Shown here: positions 1 to 8,392 of the stretch, piece after piece
Layout: every line of letters begins with the position of its first letter
How positions within the stretch are numbered: the first letter of the stretch is position 1
Source of the DNA: an uncultured archaeon
GTDB taxonomy: Archaea; Asgardarchaeota; Heimdallarchaeia; Heimdallarchaeales; Kariarchaeaceae
Assembly (NCBI GenBank): GCA_964645535.1
Contig: CAZYCQ010000044.1
Span: 1 to 28,774, forward strand
DNA length: 28,774 nt
Reading direction: 5' to 3'
Notes under the pieces: model-generated
What the model was told of the DNA's origin: nothing
Database searches by the model: none
The model's input: only the letters and a program-made list of their open reading frames with translations
Made by a program: the position numbers and the translations under genes

Positions 1-92
1 TCAACTGGTTGCAAAAATTAGATCTGGAACTGAACCATCAAAAGGTTCCACTTATCAGCTACTTCAAAGACTTTAAGCCTGTGCACCGGTGA
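1..92 (+). CDS. 3' end of a gene entering from the left edge; frame uncertain; possibly a paralog of the 7TM protein at 478..1281
   Basis: Frame 3 reads NWLQKLDLELNHQKVPLISYFKDFKPVHR* (TGA 90-92) and loosely resembles the tail of 478..1281 (SELDLLEND...KLLAYIHQV). Frame 2 is also open to TAA 74-76 (QLVAKIRSGTEPSKGSTYQLLQRL*). Confidence 0.35.
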   Translation, partial: NWLQKLDLELNHQKVPLISYFKDFKPVHR

Positions 93-204
93 TTGTCCCT
101 GACGCGGATCCTGTCCCTGTAATTGCAGATGAGGGTAGCAGATTGATCATCAACATGGAGATGGCAATGGCTACTAATGCTGAAATAACGGCTGTTCTTT
201 TCAT
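73..204 (-). CDS. 43-aa small secreted pre-peptide (signal peptide + ~16-aa Gly/Ser/Thr-rich mature peptide); below the ORF-track cutoff
   Basis: Manual translation: MKRTAVISALVAIAISMLMINLLPSSA-ITGTGSASGTITGAQA*. It has a basic n-region (KR), a hydrophobic h-region, and Pro followed by an S-S-A SPase I site. ATG at 204, TAA at 75-73, with an AT-rich TATA-like element about 25-30 nt upstream. Confidence 0.75.
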   Translation of the reverse strand: MKRTAVISALVAIAISMLMINLLPSSAITGTGSASGTITGAQA

Positions 205-225
205 GAGGTATGTATTGATTGCGCA

Positions 226-237
226 TTTTATTATATT
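226..237 (-). promoter_or_regulatory. Putative archaeal TATA box of the pre-peptide gene
   Basis: The minus strand reads AATATAATAAAA, 22-33 nt upstream of the ATG at 204, consistent with a near-leaderless transcript. Confidence 0.45.
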
Positions 238-477
238 CTAGCAAATATGACATGAGATTAAATGTCCCCTAAATGGTATTCCATGGTTTAGGGGGGTTCC
301 TGCGATCCAAGGATATTCTTCCCGCGGTTTTGTGTATCCGCAGGCATTTACTTTTTTCCGTTCCACTTCCAACAATTCGATAATTTGGAGACTTTCCTTG
401 TTTTTCATTCGAAGAAACTTGATTTACTCCATTGCCAGTTGGAAACTGTTTTATCTTGAATTAAACTGGGATGAAAA

Positions 478-1281
478 GTGGTTTTTGAGACCCTGTCCTT
501 TGTTGCTGGTTTTTTTCTGTTCATTTCTGTTATACGTACTGTTCAGCTTTTTTACCTAACTAGGATTGGGGATTACCTAATTTTTGCGTTGGTCAATCTT
601 GCCTTGATTGTTAATTCCGTATTTCTTGTGCTTTTTGGATTCTCTACCCTGTTGAGCTCAATCAGCGGGGTTGTCGTGCTGAACCTTCTGTTCCTTTTAT
701 TTATTCGAGTTACAAACAAGGAGGCTGTAGTCTTTCAAATCCTGATAATGAATTTCCTGAATATTGCCTATATCGGGATCGCTCTCTACGAATCATTTGT
801 AGATCCGAGGTTTGCCCTTTTTAGGATGTTCGTATTCAACTTCATGCTTTTCTTTATTGGGGTGGCTGGATACAGCAACTTTGTCAAATCATCTATAGTG
901 GAAAGCCGATTCAAGAAAACAGGATATGTCATCTGGTCCTTGATGACCTTGATGTTTGCCTTTGCAGCCGCGTTGCGTATGTTCTCAATACTAATCCTGT
1001 TTTGGGAAAACACACCACGCACCCAGCTCTTTTTTGGTTTGATGGTTGATATTATTCGATTGCTTATTTTCTTATACAGTTGTGCTCTTCTTTATTTTTC
1101 TATTCGTAATCCTGAATTCATAGTTCTCACACATCAACAGGTAATCCGCGCATTGAAAACCCTCCGTAAGGTTTCTGAGCTGGATTTGCTTGAAAATGAC
1201 GACAAAGGGAACGTTGAAAAAGATCCAGAAAAACTTCTGGCATATATCCACCAAGTATCCAAGATTATTCGAAAAGAATGA
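478..1281 (+). CDS. Polytopic membrane protein with ~7 TM helices and a ~55-aa hydrophilic C-terminal tail (receptor-like, function unknown)
   Basis: Seven hydrophobic segments (~aa 5-26, 33-55, 57-78, 84-104, 113-133, 150-175, 185-208), then an amphipathic PEFIVLTHQQVIRALK segment and a charged tail. GTG start with TTTTATC at 449-455. Confidence 0.75.
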   Translation: MVFETLSFVAGFFLFISVIRTVQLFYLTRIGDYLIFALVNLALIVNSVFLVLFGFSTLLSSISGVVVLNLLFLLFIRVTNKEAVVFQILIMNFLNIAYIGIALYESFVDPRFALFRMFVFNFMLFFIGVAGYSNFVKSSIVESRFKKTGYVIWSLMTLMFAFAAALRMFSILILFWENTPRTQLFFGLMVDIIRLLIFLYSCALLYFSIRNPEFIVLTHQQVIRALKTLRKVSELDLLENDDKGNVEKDPEKLLAYIHQVSKIIRKE

Positions 1282-1331
1282 TCCAACATTGCAATCTGAA
1301 AATTTCCAATCCTTGATTGAGCTGTTGTGAG

Positions 1332-1338
1332 TTTTTTT
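1332..1338 (+). terminator. Oligo-T archaeal-type terminator
   Basis: T7 run about 50 nt after the stop at 1281, between convergent genes. Confidence 0.35.
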
Positions 1339-1389
1339 GGTCTCGTTTATCTGAGGAATTGCTTTAGGAATGGCATTGAGGGGTATTCT

Positions 1390-2568
1390 TTATCCATTTT
1401 TCCCTGAAAAGTAGCTTATGGCATCTTCAAAGAGTGAATCTTGCTTTGCAAGTGTTTCATCCCATGAGTTTGAAAGTGCTTTCTGATAATTTTCCTCAAT
1501 GGTCTTTTCCCAATCATTCTTCAGGGCTTTCAATATCCCTTCCGCGATTGTTTCAGGTGTTCGATCACTCAAGTAAATTGCATGGTTCTCGTCCAGTGCC
1601 TCAAAATAGGCGGGAACCCTTGCCAAAATAGGTATGCACCGAAATGCCATTGTTTCCCAAATGACATCTGAGAGATTATCCGAATCTGGAATTGAAACAG
1701 TTGCGTCGGCAAGAGAATAAAGCACCACCATCTCATCGAAGCTGACAAATTCGGGAATTATTGTTACTTTTTCCTCTATCCCGAGACCCTTGATCATATA
1801 TTTCGCCTCCTCCAACTCTTTTTCAGTTGCAAGGCCTCTAACCATGATCAAATGAACTGGTTCTGCACTTACCTTTGAAAAGCCCAATATGATATTCTTC
1901 CAATTGTACAGGGGAAGCATTGATCTGCAACTAAATATGACAAACCTATCCTCTTCAATTCCGTATCGCCTTCTCACCTCTGGAATCTTTGACTTGGCCT
2001 CTTCAAACGAATAATTTTTGAAATCGATGCCCCATGGAAAAACCCGAACTTTTTGATCATCAAACCGAAATTCTTCTTTTGCCTTATCAATAATGGCTCT
2101 GCTTTGTGCTTCAATAATGGTTGCCCTATCAAAGGCTTGTTGGTATTCTTTTGTTGTGCCTTTATCCTTCTTTCTTCGATATATGTCACTTCCTGCAAGC
2201 ATGATGACTATAGGTACTCCCCTGACATATCCCGCGACTTGGCCATGGAATTGCATTCCATGAACCAACAAGACATCAATCTCCTCATTTTTCACAACTC
2301 TTTCCAATTTTCCCGCCAATTTTCTATTGAGATATTGATCTCCCATGAGTCTTCTAATGGCATATCTCACAATTCGCGTCAGCAGGTTGGCTCCAAATGG
2401 TTGACCAATGTTCCGTAATTTGATGTTCTCATGCTCTGGAAAATCAAAATCCAATTTTGAGGTCTTCCCGGGATGTAGCACTTCCACTTTATATCCATAA
2501 TCTGCCAAACCGATCGCCCATCGTTTAATGTGTTTTGAGGTGGCATTTGAAAACAATCCGACTTTCAT
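1390..2568 (-). CDS. GT4-family (GT-B fold) glycosyltransferase
   Basis: N-terminal HIKRWAIGL..GYKVEVL; GSDI motif; PWGIDF; C-terminal YSLADATVSIPDSDNLSDVIWETMAFRCIPI matches the GT4 (E/D)-x7-E region. Confidence 0.85.
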   Translation of the reverse strand: MKVGLFSNATSKHIKRWAIGLADYGYKVEVLHPGKTSKLDFDFPEHENIKLRNIGQPFGANLLTRIVRYAIRRLMGDQYLNRKLAGKLERVVKNEEIDVLLVHGMQFHGQVAGYVRGVPIVIMLAGSDIYRRKKDKGTTKEYQQAFDRATIIEAQSRAIIDKAKEEFRFDDQKVRVFPWGIDFKNYSFEEAKSKIPEVRRRYGIEEDRFVIFSCRSMLPLYNWKNIILGFSKVSAEPVHLIMVRGLATEKELEEAKYMIKGLGIEEKVTIIPEFVSFDEMVVLYSLADATVSIPDSDNLSDVIWETMAFRCIPILARVPAYFEALDENHAIYLSDRTPETIAEGILKALKNDWEKTIEENYQKALSNSWDETLAKQDSLFEDAISYFSGKNG

Positions 2569-2699
2569 GTTTGGAGATGTAGTATGGCTCTTTTATGGTT
2601 TTTGTCGTCTTCAATCAATTCCATCCCCTCCTTTTGGAATGGTTCCTGAATGGATAGGCAACCATTGCAATCAAGAACATAATTGTGACTTAAATCGTC

Positions 2700-3728
2700 T
2701 TATTCCGGAAATGAATCACTATACTTGATTTTATCGAGTCGGAATGCCATTCTGTTCACAAAAAATGTTTTTAGTCTTTCTCCCTTCATTCTTCGCCATG
2801 GAGATTTTCTGTTCCCGATTATCGGATATCCATTGTCTTCCAGCACATGTCTTAGTCGAAGATTGATCCATTCGATTTCTAAAGAAGTTATCTCTTTTTT
2901 CCATTTATCTAGATTTGAAGGCTCAATGCCTCTGAACTTTTCTCCTCTACTACTGTTTCCTACCCATGGCTCTCCATTAACTGTCGGTTTCATTAAAATC
3001 GGGGAAAATTCCACCCCCAAAAAGTAACAAAGATCCTGAATCGTTTTTTCAGGTTCCATCAGCAGATTTTCATATTTAATGACACTATAATCTTCGTTCA
3101 TTAGATCTTTATTCTTTTCAAGCATGTATGTGGAAAACTCCAGAGCATCAATAATCGGATAAATTGGCGGATAAGTCCCCAGTCTTGCCTCCGAATATCT
3201 CCGGATGGAAACAAGATTGCTATAGGGATTTCTCAAGATATGGATGAATTTGGCTTTTGGAAACATCTTTTTCAGAAAAACTGCATATTCACTCTGGCCT
3301 ACCGTCTTTTCCACAATGATGGACTTGTCCCAAACCCTCTTTCCATTTTTCATTGACAAGTAAATGGCTTTGAAATAATCAATGATCAATTCAGGAATGC
3401 TCATGTAATCTTTGTCAAGGTAGTTCTTGATGAATTCGAGGTCAAATTTCTCGAAAAGATTCATGTTTCCCACTCCCCCCATTTCATCATTTTCAATGGC
3501 ATTAAAGACTGCAACGTGTTCAATCAATTTTTCCTTGACTTGATCTAAATCTCGATCAATTGGCTTTTGCTTGTTCAAGGGATAATAGACCCATTTTCCC
3601 AAGGCCTTTATGATATGGGTTTCAAATGGTATTGCGAAAATGTCTTTGTGTCCATCAAACAAGCTCTTTAGTAAAGTGGTTCCTGATTTGTGGCTTCCGC
3701 AAATGAAAATGATTTCTGGTGGTTCCAC
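2700..3728 (-). CDS. PAPS-dependent sulfotransferase (Sulfotransfer_3-like)
   Basis: 5'-PSB loop IFICGSHKSGTTLL, VEKT, 3'-PB motif FIHILRNPYSNLVS, IKYENLL..PE, and C-terminal KWKK. Confidence 0.9.
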   Translation of the reverse strand: MEPPEIIFICGSHKSGTTLLKSLFDGHKDIFAIPFETHIIKALGKWVYYPLNKQKPIDRDLDQVKEKLIEHVAVFNAIENDEMGGVGNMNLFEKFDLEFIKNYLDKDYMSIPELIIDYFKAIYLSMKNGKRVWDKSIIVEKTVGQSEYAVFLKKMFPKAKFIHILRNPYSNLVSIRRYSEARLGTYPPIYPIIDALEFSTYMLEKNKDLMNEDYSVIKYENLLMEPEKTIQDLCYFLGVEFSPILMKPTVNGEPWVGNSSRGEKFRGIEPSNLDKWKKEITSLEIEWINLRLRHVLEDNGYPIIGNRKSPWRRMKGERLKTFFVNRMAFRLDKIKYSDSFPE

Positions 3729-4001
3729 AATTGTCCTACAGAGAGCAGGTATTAATAGTATCCTCTTGCTTTAGAAAAAACAAGATAAGTTTATCCAATA
3801 TCCATGAACCACTGTTTCTTTTCAATTTATCTGCGAATTCCGCTCCTAAATCGGATGGACAATATGCAAACTTGGTACAATTGATATATGATTTGTCCGA
3901 ATTTGATGCAATTGCGTTATCCTTTTCTTGAACAATTTTTCTTCCTTGCTGAAAGATTAACAAATCTATTTTAATGGAAATTGCCAAATGGTAGTTGTCC
4001 T

Positions 4002-5144
4002 ATGACAGCTATTGAAAATGATCGAATCTATTTTGGACTGGAAAATGTCCTCGTGGCTGAAACCAAGATGAGCCACATCGATGGGGAAAGAGGCAAACTG
4101 ACAATCCGCGGCTATCCGTTGGAGGAATTTGCCCAACGCAAAAGTAACGAAGAAGTCGCCTATCTCCTTCTTAACGGAGAATTTCCTGTTGGTGATGAAA
4201 TCGAACAGTTCAAACGTATGATGTGGAATTCTAGGGAAATTCCTTCTGCCACCTACGATCTTATCAGGAAAGCAGCTTCCAATCCTGAACTTCATCCGAT
4301 GAGTGCCCTTCAAATGGGAATCTCCTCCCTTGCCATAGAATTTGGTGAAGTTGGTTCAAAGGATCTTCAGCGAGTAAGACAGGTTGGACTTCAAATTGTG
4401 GCAAAGGTACCGACCATTATTGCAGCCTTTTGGAGGTTCAGAGAAGGGCTTGATCCCATCCCTCCCAGAAATGATCTCGGTCATGCAGAAAATTTCCTGT
4501 ACATGCTCAATGGTGAGGTTCCATCAAAAGAACGTTCACGTGCTCTGGAGACATATCTAAATGTTGTAGCCGACCACGGCTTCAATGCATCAACTTTCGT
4601 GGCTAGGGCAATTGTATCAACCAATTCAGATCTGATATCTGCACTTACGGGTGCAGTTGGTTCCTTGAAGGGAGACAAGCATGGTGGTGCTCCTGGTCCT
4701 GCATTGGATATGATTTTTGAAATCGGCGACGTCGAAAAGACACGGGATTATGTCATCAATAAGGTCAAAAACCGCGAAGTAATCATGGGATTCGGTCACA
4801 GGGTTTACAAGGTTCGAGACCCTCGTGCGGAAGTCCTATCCAATGCCGCAAAAGTGCTCTATCAAGATGAGGATCGTGAATTCTACGAAAAAGTCACCCG
4901 AATGGAACAAATCATCATGGATACCCTTGAGGAGCTCAAGCCGGGAAGGAGGATAAAGACCAATGTTGAATTCTATACCGCTTTACTTCTTCACGGGGTT
5001 GGACTGAAACCCGAAGTTTTCTCTTCAATGTTTGCAATGGGTAGGGTTGCTGGCTGGTTGGGACATATTCTAGAACAGTATGAGAATAATCGATTGATCC
5101 GTCCTCGTGCGAAATATGTCGGAGAATTCGGGAAAAAGCTCTGA
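4002..5144 (+). CDS. Citrate synthase / methylcitrate synthase family (short dimeric type, Bacillus CitA-like)
   Basis: GLENV, LTIRGY, DHGFNASTF, LKGDKHGGA, MGFGHRVYKVRDPRA, NVEFY, RVAGWLGH and LIRP. The ATG at 4002 is preferred over the TTG at 3981. Confidence 0.93.
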   Translation: MTAIENDRIYFGLENVLVAETKMSHIDGERGKLTIRGYPLEEFAQRKSNEEVAYLLLNGEFPVGDEIEQFKRMMWNSREIPSATYDLIRKAASNPELHPMSALQMGISSLAIEFGEVGSKDLQRVRQVGLQIVAKVPTIIAAFWRFREGLDPIPPRNDLGHAENFLYMLNGEVPSKERSRALETYLNVVADHGFNASTFVARAIVSTNSDLISALTGAVGSLKGDKHGGAPGPALDMIFEIGDVEKTRDYVINKVKNREVIMGFGHRVYKVRDPRAEVLSNAAKVLYQDEDREFYEKVTRMEQIIMDTLEELKPGRRIKTNVEFYTALLLHGVGLKPEVFSSMFAMGRVAGWLGHILEQYENNRLIRPRAKYVGEFGKKL

Positions 5145-5271
5145 TTGGTTGGCATTTCTGCAATCCTGTTGCTTGCATAATTTTTCTTGCTTTCCATCCC
5201 ATTCCCAAAGGATCATGATCGTGAGGAAAAATTTATTTGTGGGTTGTATATCTTTCTTTTTTAGAATTCAT

Positions 5272-6204
5272 ATGATCCCGGCAAAGCATAAACTCATTTT
5301 AATTGGGGTCTTGGTGACTGTTTCGTTACCTCTCGCATCTGCCTGCACCTTCATAGTGGTAGACCCCTTCTATAGCTCTCAATTGAGCATTCTTAACGAA
5401 AATCAAGCATCCTTTAAATTGCTTGACACTGGACAGGCTTCATCTTCCGAAAATTATGGCGGAAATACGGTTTATCTTGATTTCAAGAAAAATCAGGCCT
5501 CTTTCGAACCTTTTCCTGTTTCCAATGGATCCAAGTGGTTCACCGATATTAATCTTCCAGATGATTGGTATCAAGACGATGATGGTATTGTTCTTAAGGA
5601 GCATCTACTAGGCAACACAGCGCTGATTGAGGTTTATAACGGAAGTCTCTGGCTTTATAACATTTCTGTTCCCCAAGACATTGCTGATCCCTTTTTCATT
5701 TCCTTTTACTATCCTTTGGATCATTATGTGTACGTTTTTTCTGATTGGGGAACAGGTCTTGTTCTTAACCTTTCAAATCTACAAATCTCCAATTTTACCT
5801 CTTCAAATTATTATGGTGAACTTAGTCAACAGTCTCTGCCTTCTTTGAATTATGGGTTAATTCGTGTAAATTCCAATTCTGGCAATTGTGAAAATTACCG
5901 TTATTATCTCCCATCCCCAAATGGTTTCAAACTTGTTGCAATCGACGATATATTCCATAGATTTGCTATTGACCCCTCTTCCTCCTCAATTTATAGAATT
6001 GACTTATATATTTCAAACCAAGTCTCAGTCAGTGAAATTAATTATATCACTTTGGAAAAGGATTCATGGTCCTTCACGTTAAGCAGTCTCCCCTTACCCT
6101 CTTCTTCCTCCTCTTCTTCCGTACAGCTCCCGATTCCCATGGTTGGAGCATTCATTGCTTTATTGGTTGGTGTGACTCTGCGGAGAGATCGTGAACTGAA
6201 ATGA
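5272..6204 (+). CDS. Exported beta-rich protein with a poly-Ser linker and C-terminal membrane anchor/sorting signal
   Basis: Signal peptide MIPAKHKLILIGVLVTVSLPLASA-C. The C-terminus is PSSSSSSS-VQLPIP-hydrophobic helix-RRDRELK. The ORF-track extension to 5107 overlaps citrate synthase and is unlikely. Confidence 0.75.
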   Translation: MIPAKHKLILIGVLVTVSLPLASACTFIVVDPFYSSQLSILNENQASFKLLDTGQASSSENYGGNTVYLDFKKNQASFEPFPVSNGSKWFTDINLPDDWYQDDDGIVLKEHLLGNTALIEVYNGSLWLYNISVPQDIADPFFISFYYPLDHYVYVFSDWGTGLVLNLSNLQISNFTSSNYYGELSQQSLPSLNYGLIRVNSNSGNCENYRYYLPSPNGFKLVAIDDIFHRFAIDPSSSSIYRIDLYISNQVSVSEINYITLEKDSWSFTLSSLPLPSSSSSSSVQLPIPMVGAFIALLVGVTLRRDRELK

Positions 6205-6268
6205 AAAGAATTTTCCATCGGAATTAAAAAATGATTATAATCCATTAGAAGATTGATTGCTTAATCTT

Positions 6269-7162
6269 ATGAGCTCTTCCATTTCCGAAACATCTGTTGC
6301 TGACCAAGAAGACCTTCCCACTCTGGAATGTGTAGACTTGGTGAAGGCCTATGGAACCAAACTTGCAATCTCACATTTGAACATTACCCTTCGCTCTCCT
6401 TTCATAGGTCTCCTCGGACCAAACGGCAGTGGAAAATCTACTCTCATTAAACTAATGCTAGGTTTGATTCATCCAACCTCTGGTCAGATTCGACTTGGTA
6501 TCCCAAAAGAAAATATGCGTGTTGTACCGGATTTTCCAAATCTTCCCAAACATCTCACTGTCGATCAATGGATTGGTCTTCTGGAAGAGATCTATGGCGA
6601 ATGTTCCTTGAATGAGGATATTCAGTCCATTTTTGAGCTAGATGGGACTTCCAAACTTGGGGATCTTTCAGCAGGCCAATACCGGAAAGCAGCTCTACTT
6701 CCACTTTTCTATGGAAGACCCCAATTGATCGTTTTGGATGAACCTACCAACTTTCTTGATGTGGTTGCCCGCACAAAGGTTCTCCGGCTTATCAAACGAT
6801 TGATCTCAACAACAAAATGCAAGGTGATAATGGCAACCCACCGATTGGAAGAAGTTCGGCTCTTCTGCGAAGAGGTAATCATTTTGAAGGAAGGGGTTAA
6901 TGTATTTCATGCTTCGCTGATGGAAGACACCGTGATACAATATTCAATTATTGTGGACGACCCTGCCAAATTGATCGCAATGCTTGAAGAAGAGGGAATG
7001 GTGTTTCGGATTGAAGAAAGTGTGGTGGGGCTTGAAATCATCATTCATATGGCTTCCCAGATCTGGTCGGTTCTTGAACGCTATACTCACGAAGGCGGTC
7101 TCATTCTAAGTTTCAACGCCAAAGAAAAACTGGAAATAATTTTGGAGGATCTTTACAAATGA
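6269..7162 (+). CDS. ABC transporter ATP-binding protein (exporter type)
   Basis: Walker A GPNGSGKS, signature LSAGQ, Walker B IVLDEP, H-loop ATH. Confidence 0.92.
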   Translation: MSSSISETSVADQEDLPTLECVDLVKAYGTKLAISHLNITLRSPFIGLLGPNGSGKSTLIKLMLGLIHPTSGQIRLGIPKENMRVVPDFPNLPKHLTVDQWIGLLEEIYGECSLNEDIQSIFELDGTSKLGDLSAGQYRKAALLPLFYGRPQLIVLDEPTNFLDVVARTKVLRLIKRLISTTKCKVIMATHRLEEVRLFCEEVIILKEGVNVFHASLMEDTVIQYSIIVDDPAKLIAMLEEEGMVFRIEESVVGLEIIIHMASQIWSVLERYTHEGGLILSFNAKEKLEIILEDLYK

Positions 7163-7887
7163 ACCACTCAATGACCTTCACAAAAATTGTAAAACGAGCT
7201 AGCGAAACTCTCCTAGTTCGTTTTCCCGCAATCATAACCCTTGCAACCTTTCCCCCTTCTGTGGGTCTATTCCTTTTCTTCTTCAACAATCCCTCCCCTC
7301 CTGAAGGTAACTTTTGGTTCCAAGTGCATTCCTTGAATGAAACCTTCCTTCAGGATTACATTGGTGGTTTCTCAATCGGTCTTGTACTTTCCCTTGCCTT
7401 TTTCGTCAGTTTTCGCTGGAACCAGATCATCAAGGACAAGAGTTACGGATACTGGCTTAGTCAAGGTGTTGACAGAACCCAATTCTTCATCTACTCATTT
7501 CTCCAATTCATGACAATCATCTCCGTCGGCGTTATTTTGGGGCAAATAATCCTATACTATCCCGGAGGCGTGCAACTCTCCCTTCTGTACCATCTAAGAA
7601 TCCTGATTATTCTCCTATGCTCTTCTTTCTTGACCTATACCTCCGCTATTTTGATTTCAGAAATCGCAAAGGATCCCGAAATTTCCCTGTTGCTGTTTGC
7701 AGGCATTGGTTTATTGAATTCCTCAATAAAAATTGAAGGCAATGGATTTTTCCAAATGACTTTCTTCAGTGGGAGGTATGCCCTCAACACCACTTCTTTT
7801 GCTCCCATACTGCTTCCACTCATTGTGGGCTCCCTCTTCCTTGTGTTGGCTAATTGGTTCCATAAACGGAGGGATATTGATCTGTGA
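7159..7887 (+). CDS. ABC-2-type permease
   Basis: About 6 TM helices, a KSYGYWLSQGVDR loop typical of ABC-2 permeases, and an ATGA overlap with the ATPase stop. Confidence 0.8.
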   Translation: MNHSMTFTKIVKRASETLLVRFPAIITLATFPPSVGLFLFFFNNPSPPEGNFWFQVHSLNETFLQDYIGGFSIGLVLSLAFFVSFRWNQIIKDKSYGYWLSQGVDRTQFFIYSFLQFMTIISVGVILGQIILYYPGGVQLSLLYHLRILIILLCSSFLTYTSAILISEIAKDPEISLLLFAGIGLLNSSIKIEGNGFFQMTFFSGRYALNTTSFAPILLPLIVGSLFLVLANWFHKRRDIDL

Positions 7888-7897
7888 GGTGCACCAA

Positions 7898-8323
7898 ATG
7901 AAAAAATCGCCATTTCTAATCATTTTCTTCATTTTCAGTCTATATTTCTTGATCCCTGTCGCCAAACCTAGCGTCTCGATCACAGCCATACCTGAAACAC
8001 CCACCACTGAGGTTTTCAGGTTCCAGTCGACAGGGCTTCGTTTCCAATCTGAAATCAATGATCTTGTTTTTCTCAACATCACTTTTCTCGATTTACTCAC
8101 CAATACTTCTGAAATGATCTATGTCAACACACAGTTCATCGGTGAAACCTTCCTTTCCCTTCCTAAAGTGGGTTTCTACCAAATCACCGTTCTTTCTTCC
8201 TCACTTGGGATTATTGATATCAAGGAGATTGGAATACATCCTGTCGGCTTGGTGATTTTCTCTGCCTTGCTTCTTACAAACATTGTTCTTGCCTACCGAC
8301 GTATTCAAGAATATATGCTTTAA
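7898..8323 (+). CDS. Small exported protein with N-terminal signal/TM, beta-sandwich-like core and C-terminal TM
   Basis: MKKSPFLIIFFIFSLYFLIPVA...GLVIFSALLLTNIVLAYRR; a GAGGTG RBS precedes the ATG at 7898. Confidence 0.7.
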   Translation: MKKSPFLIIFFIFSLYFLIPVAKPSVSITAIPETPTTEVFRFQSTGLRFQSEINDLVFLNITFLDLLTNTSEMIYVNTQFIGETFLSLPKVGFYQITVLSSSLGIIDIKEIGIHPVGLVIFSALLLTNIVLAYRRIQEYML

Positions 8324-8392
8324 ATCATCTAAGTTCTTAATCCATTTTTGAAAAAGAATATTATTATGTGGAAAGGAACTCCCCCATTAATT

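Noticed and set aside
59-253. 64-aa minus-strand ORF from the track (MSYLLEYNKM...)
   Set aside because: It has no recognisable features and overlaps, in another frame, the 43-aa ORF that has a textbook signal peptide.
332-559. 75-aa hydrophobic + strand ORF
   Set aside because: Out-of-frame overlap with the 7TM gene; its hydrophobicity reflects T-rich DNA.
478-1281. Microbial rhodopsin or bona fide GPCR call for the 7TM protein
   Set aside because: No retinal-binding Lys motif in helix 7 and no DRY/NPxxY motifs; only the topology is supported.
3736-3987. 83-aa minus-strand ORF and weak GGACAA/TTGTCC inverted repeat
   Set aside because: It lies across a divergent promoter region, has no motifs, and the repeat is short and imperfect.
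6100-6120. TCT/TCC microsatellite-like run
   Set aside because: It encodes a poly-Ser linker with mixed codons and is not a phase-variable tract.
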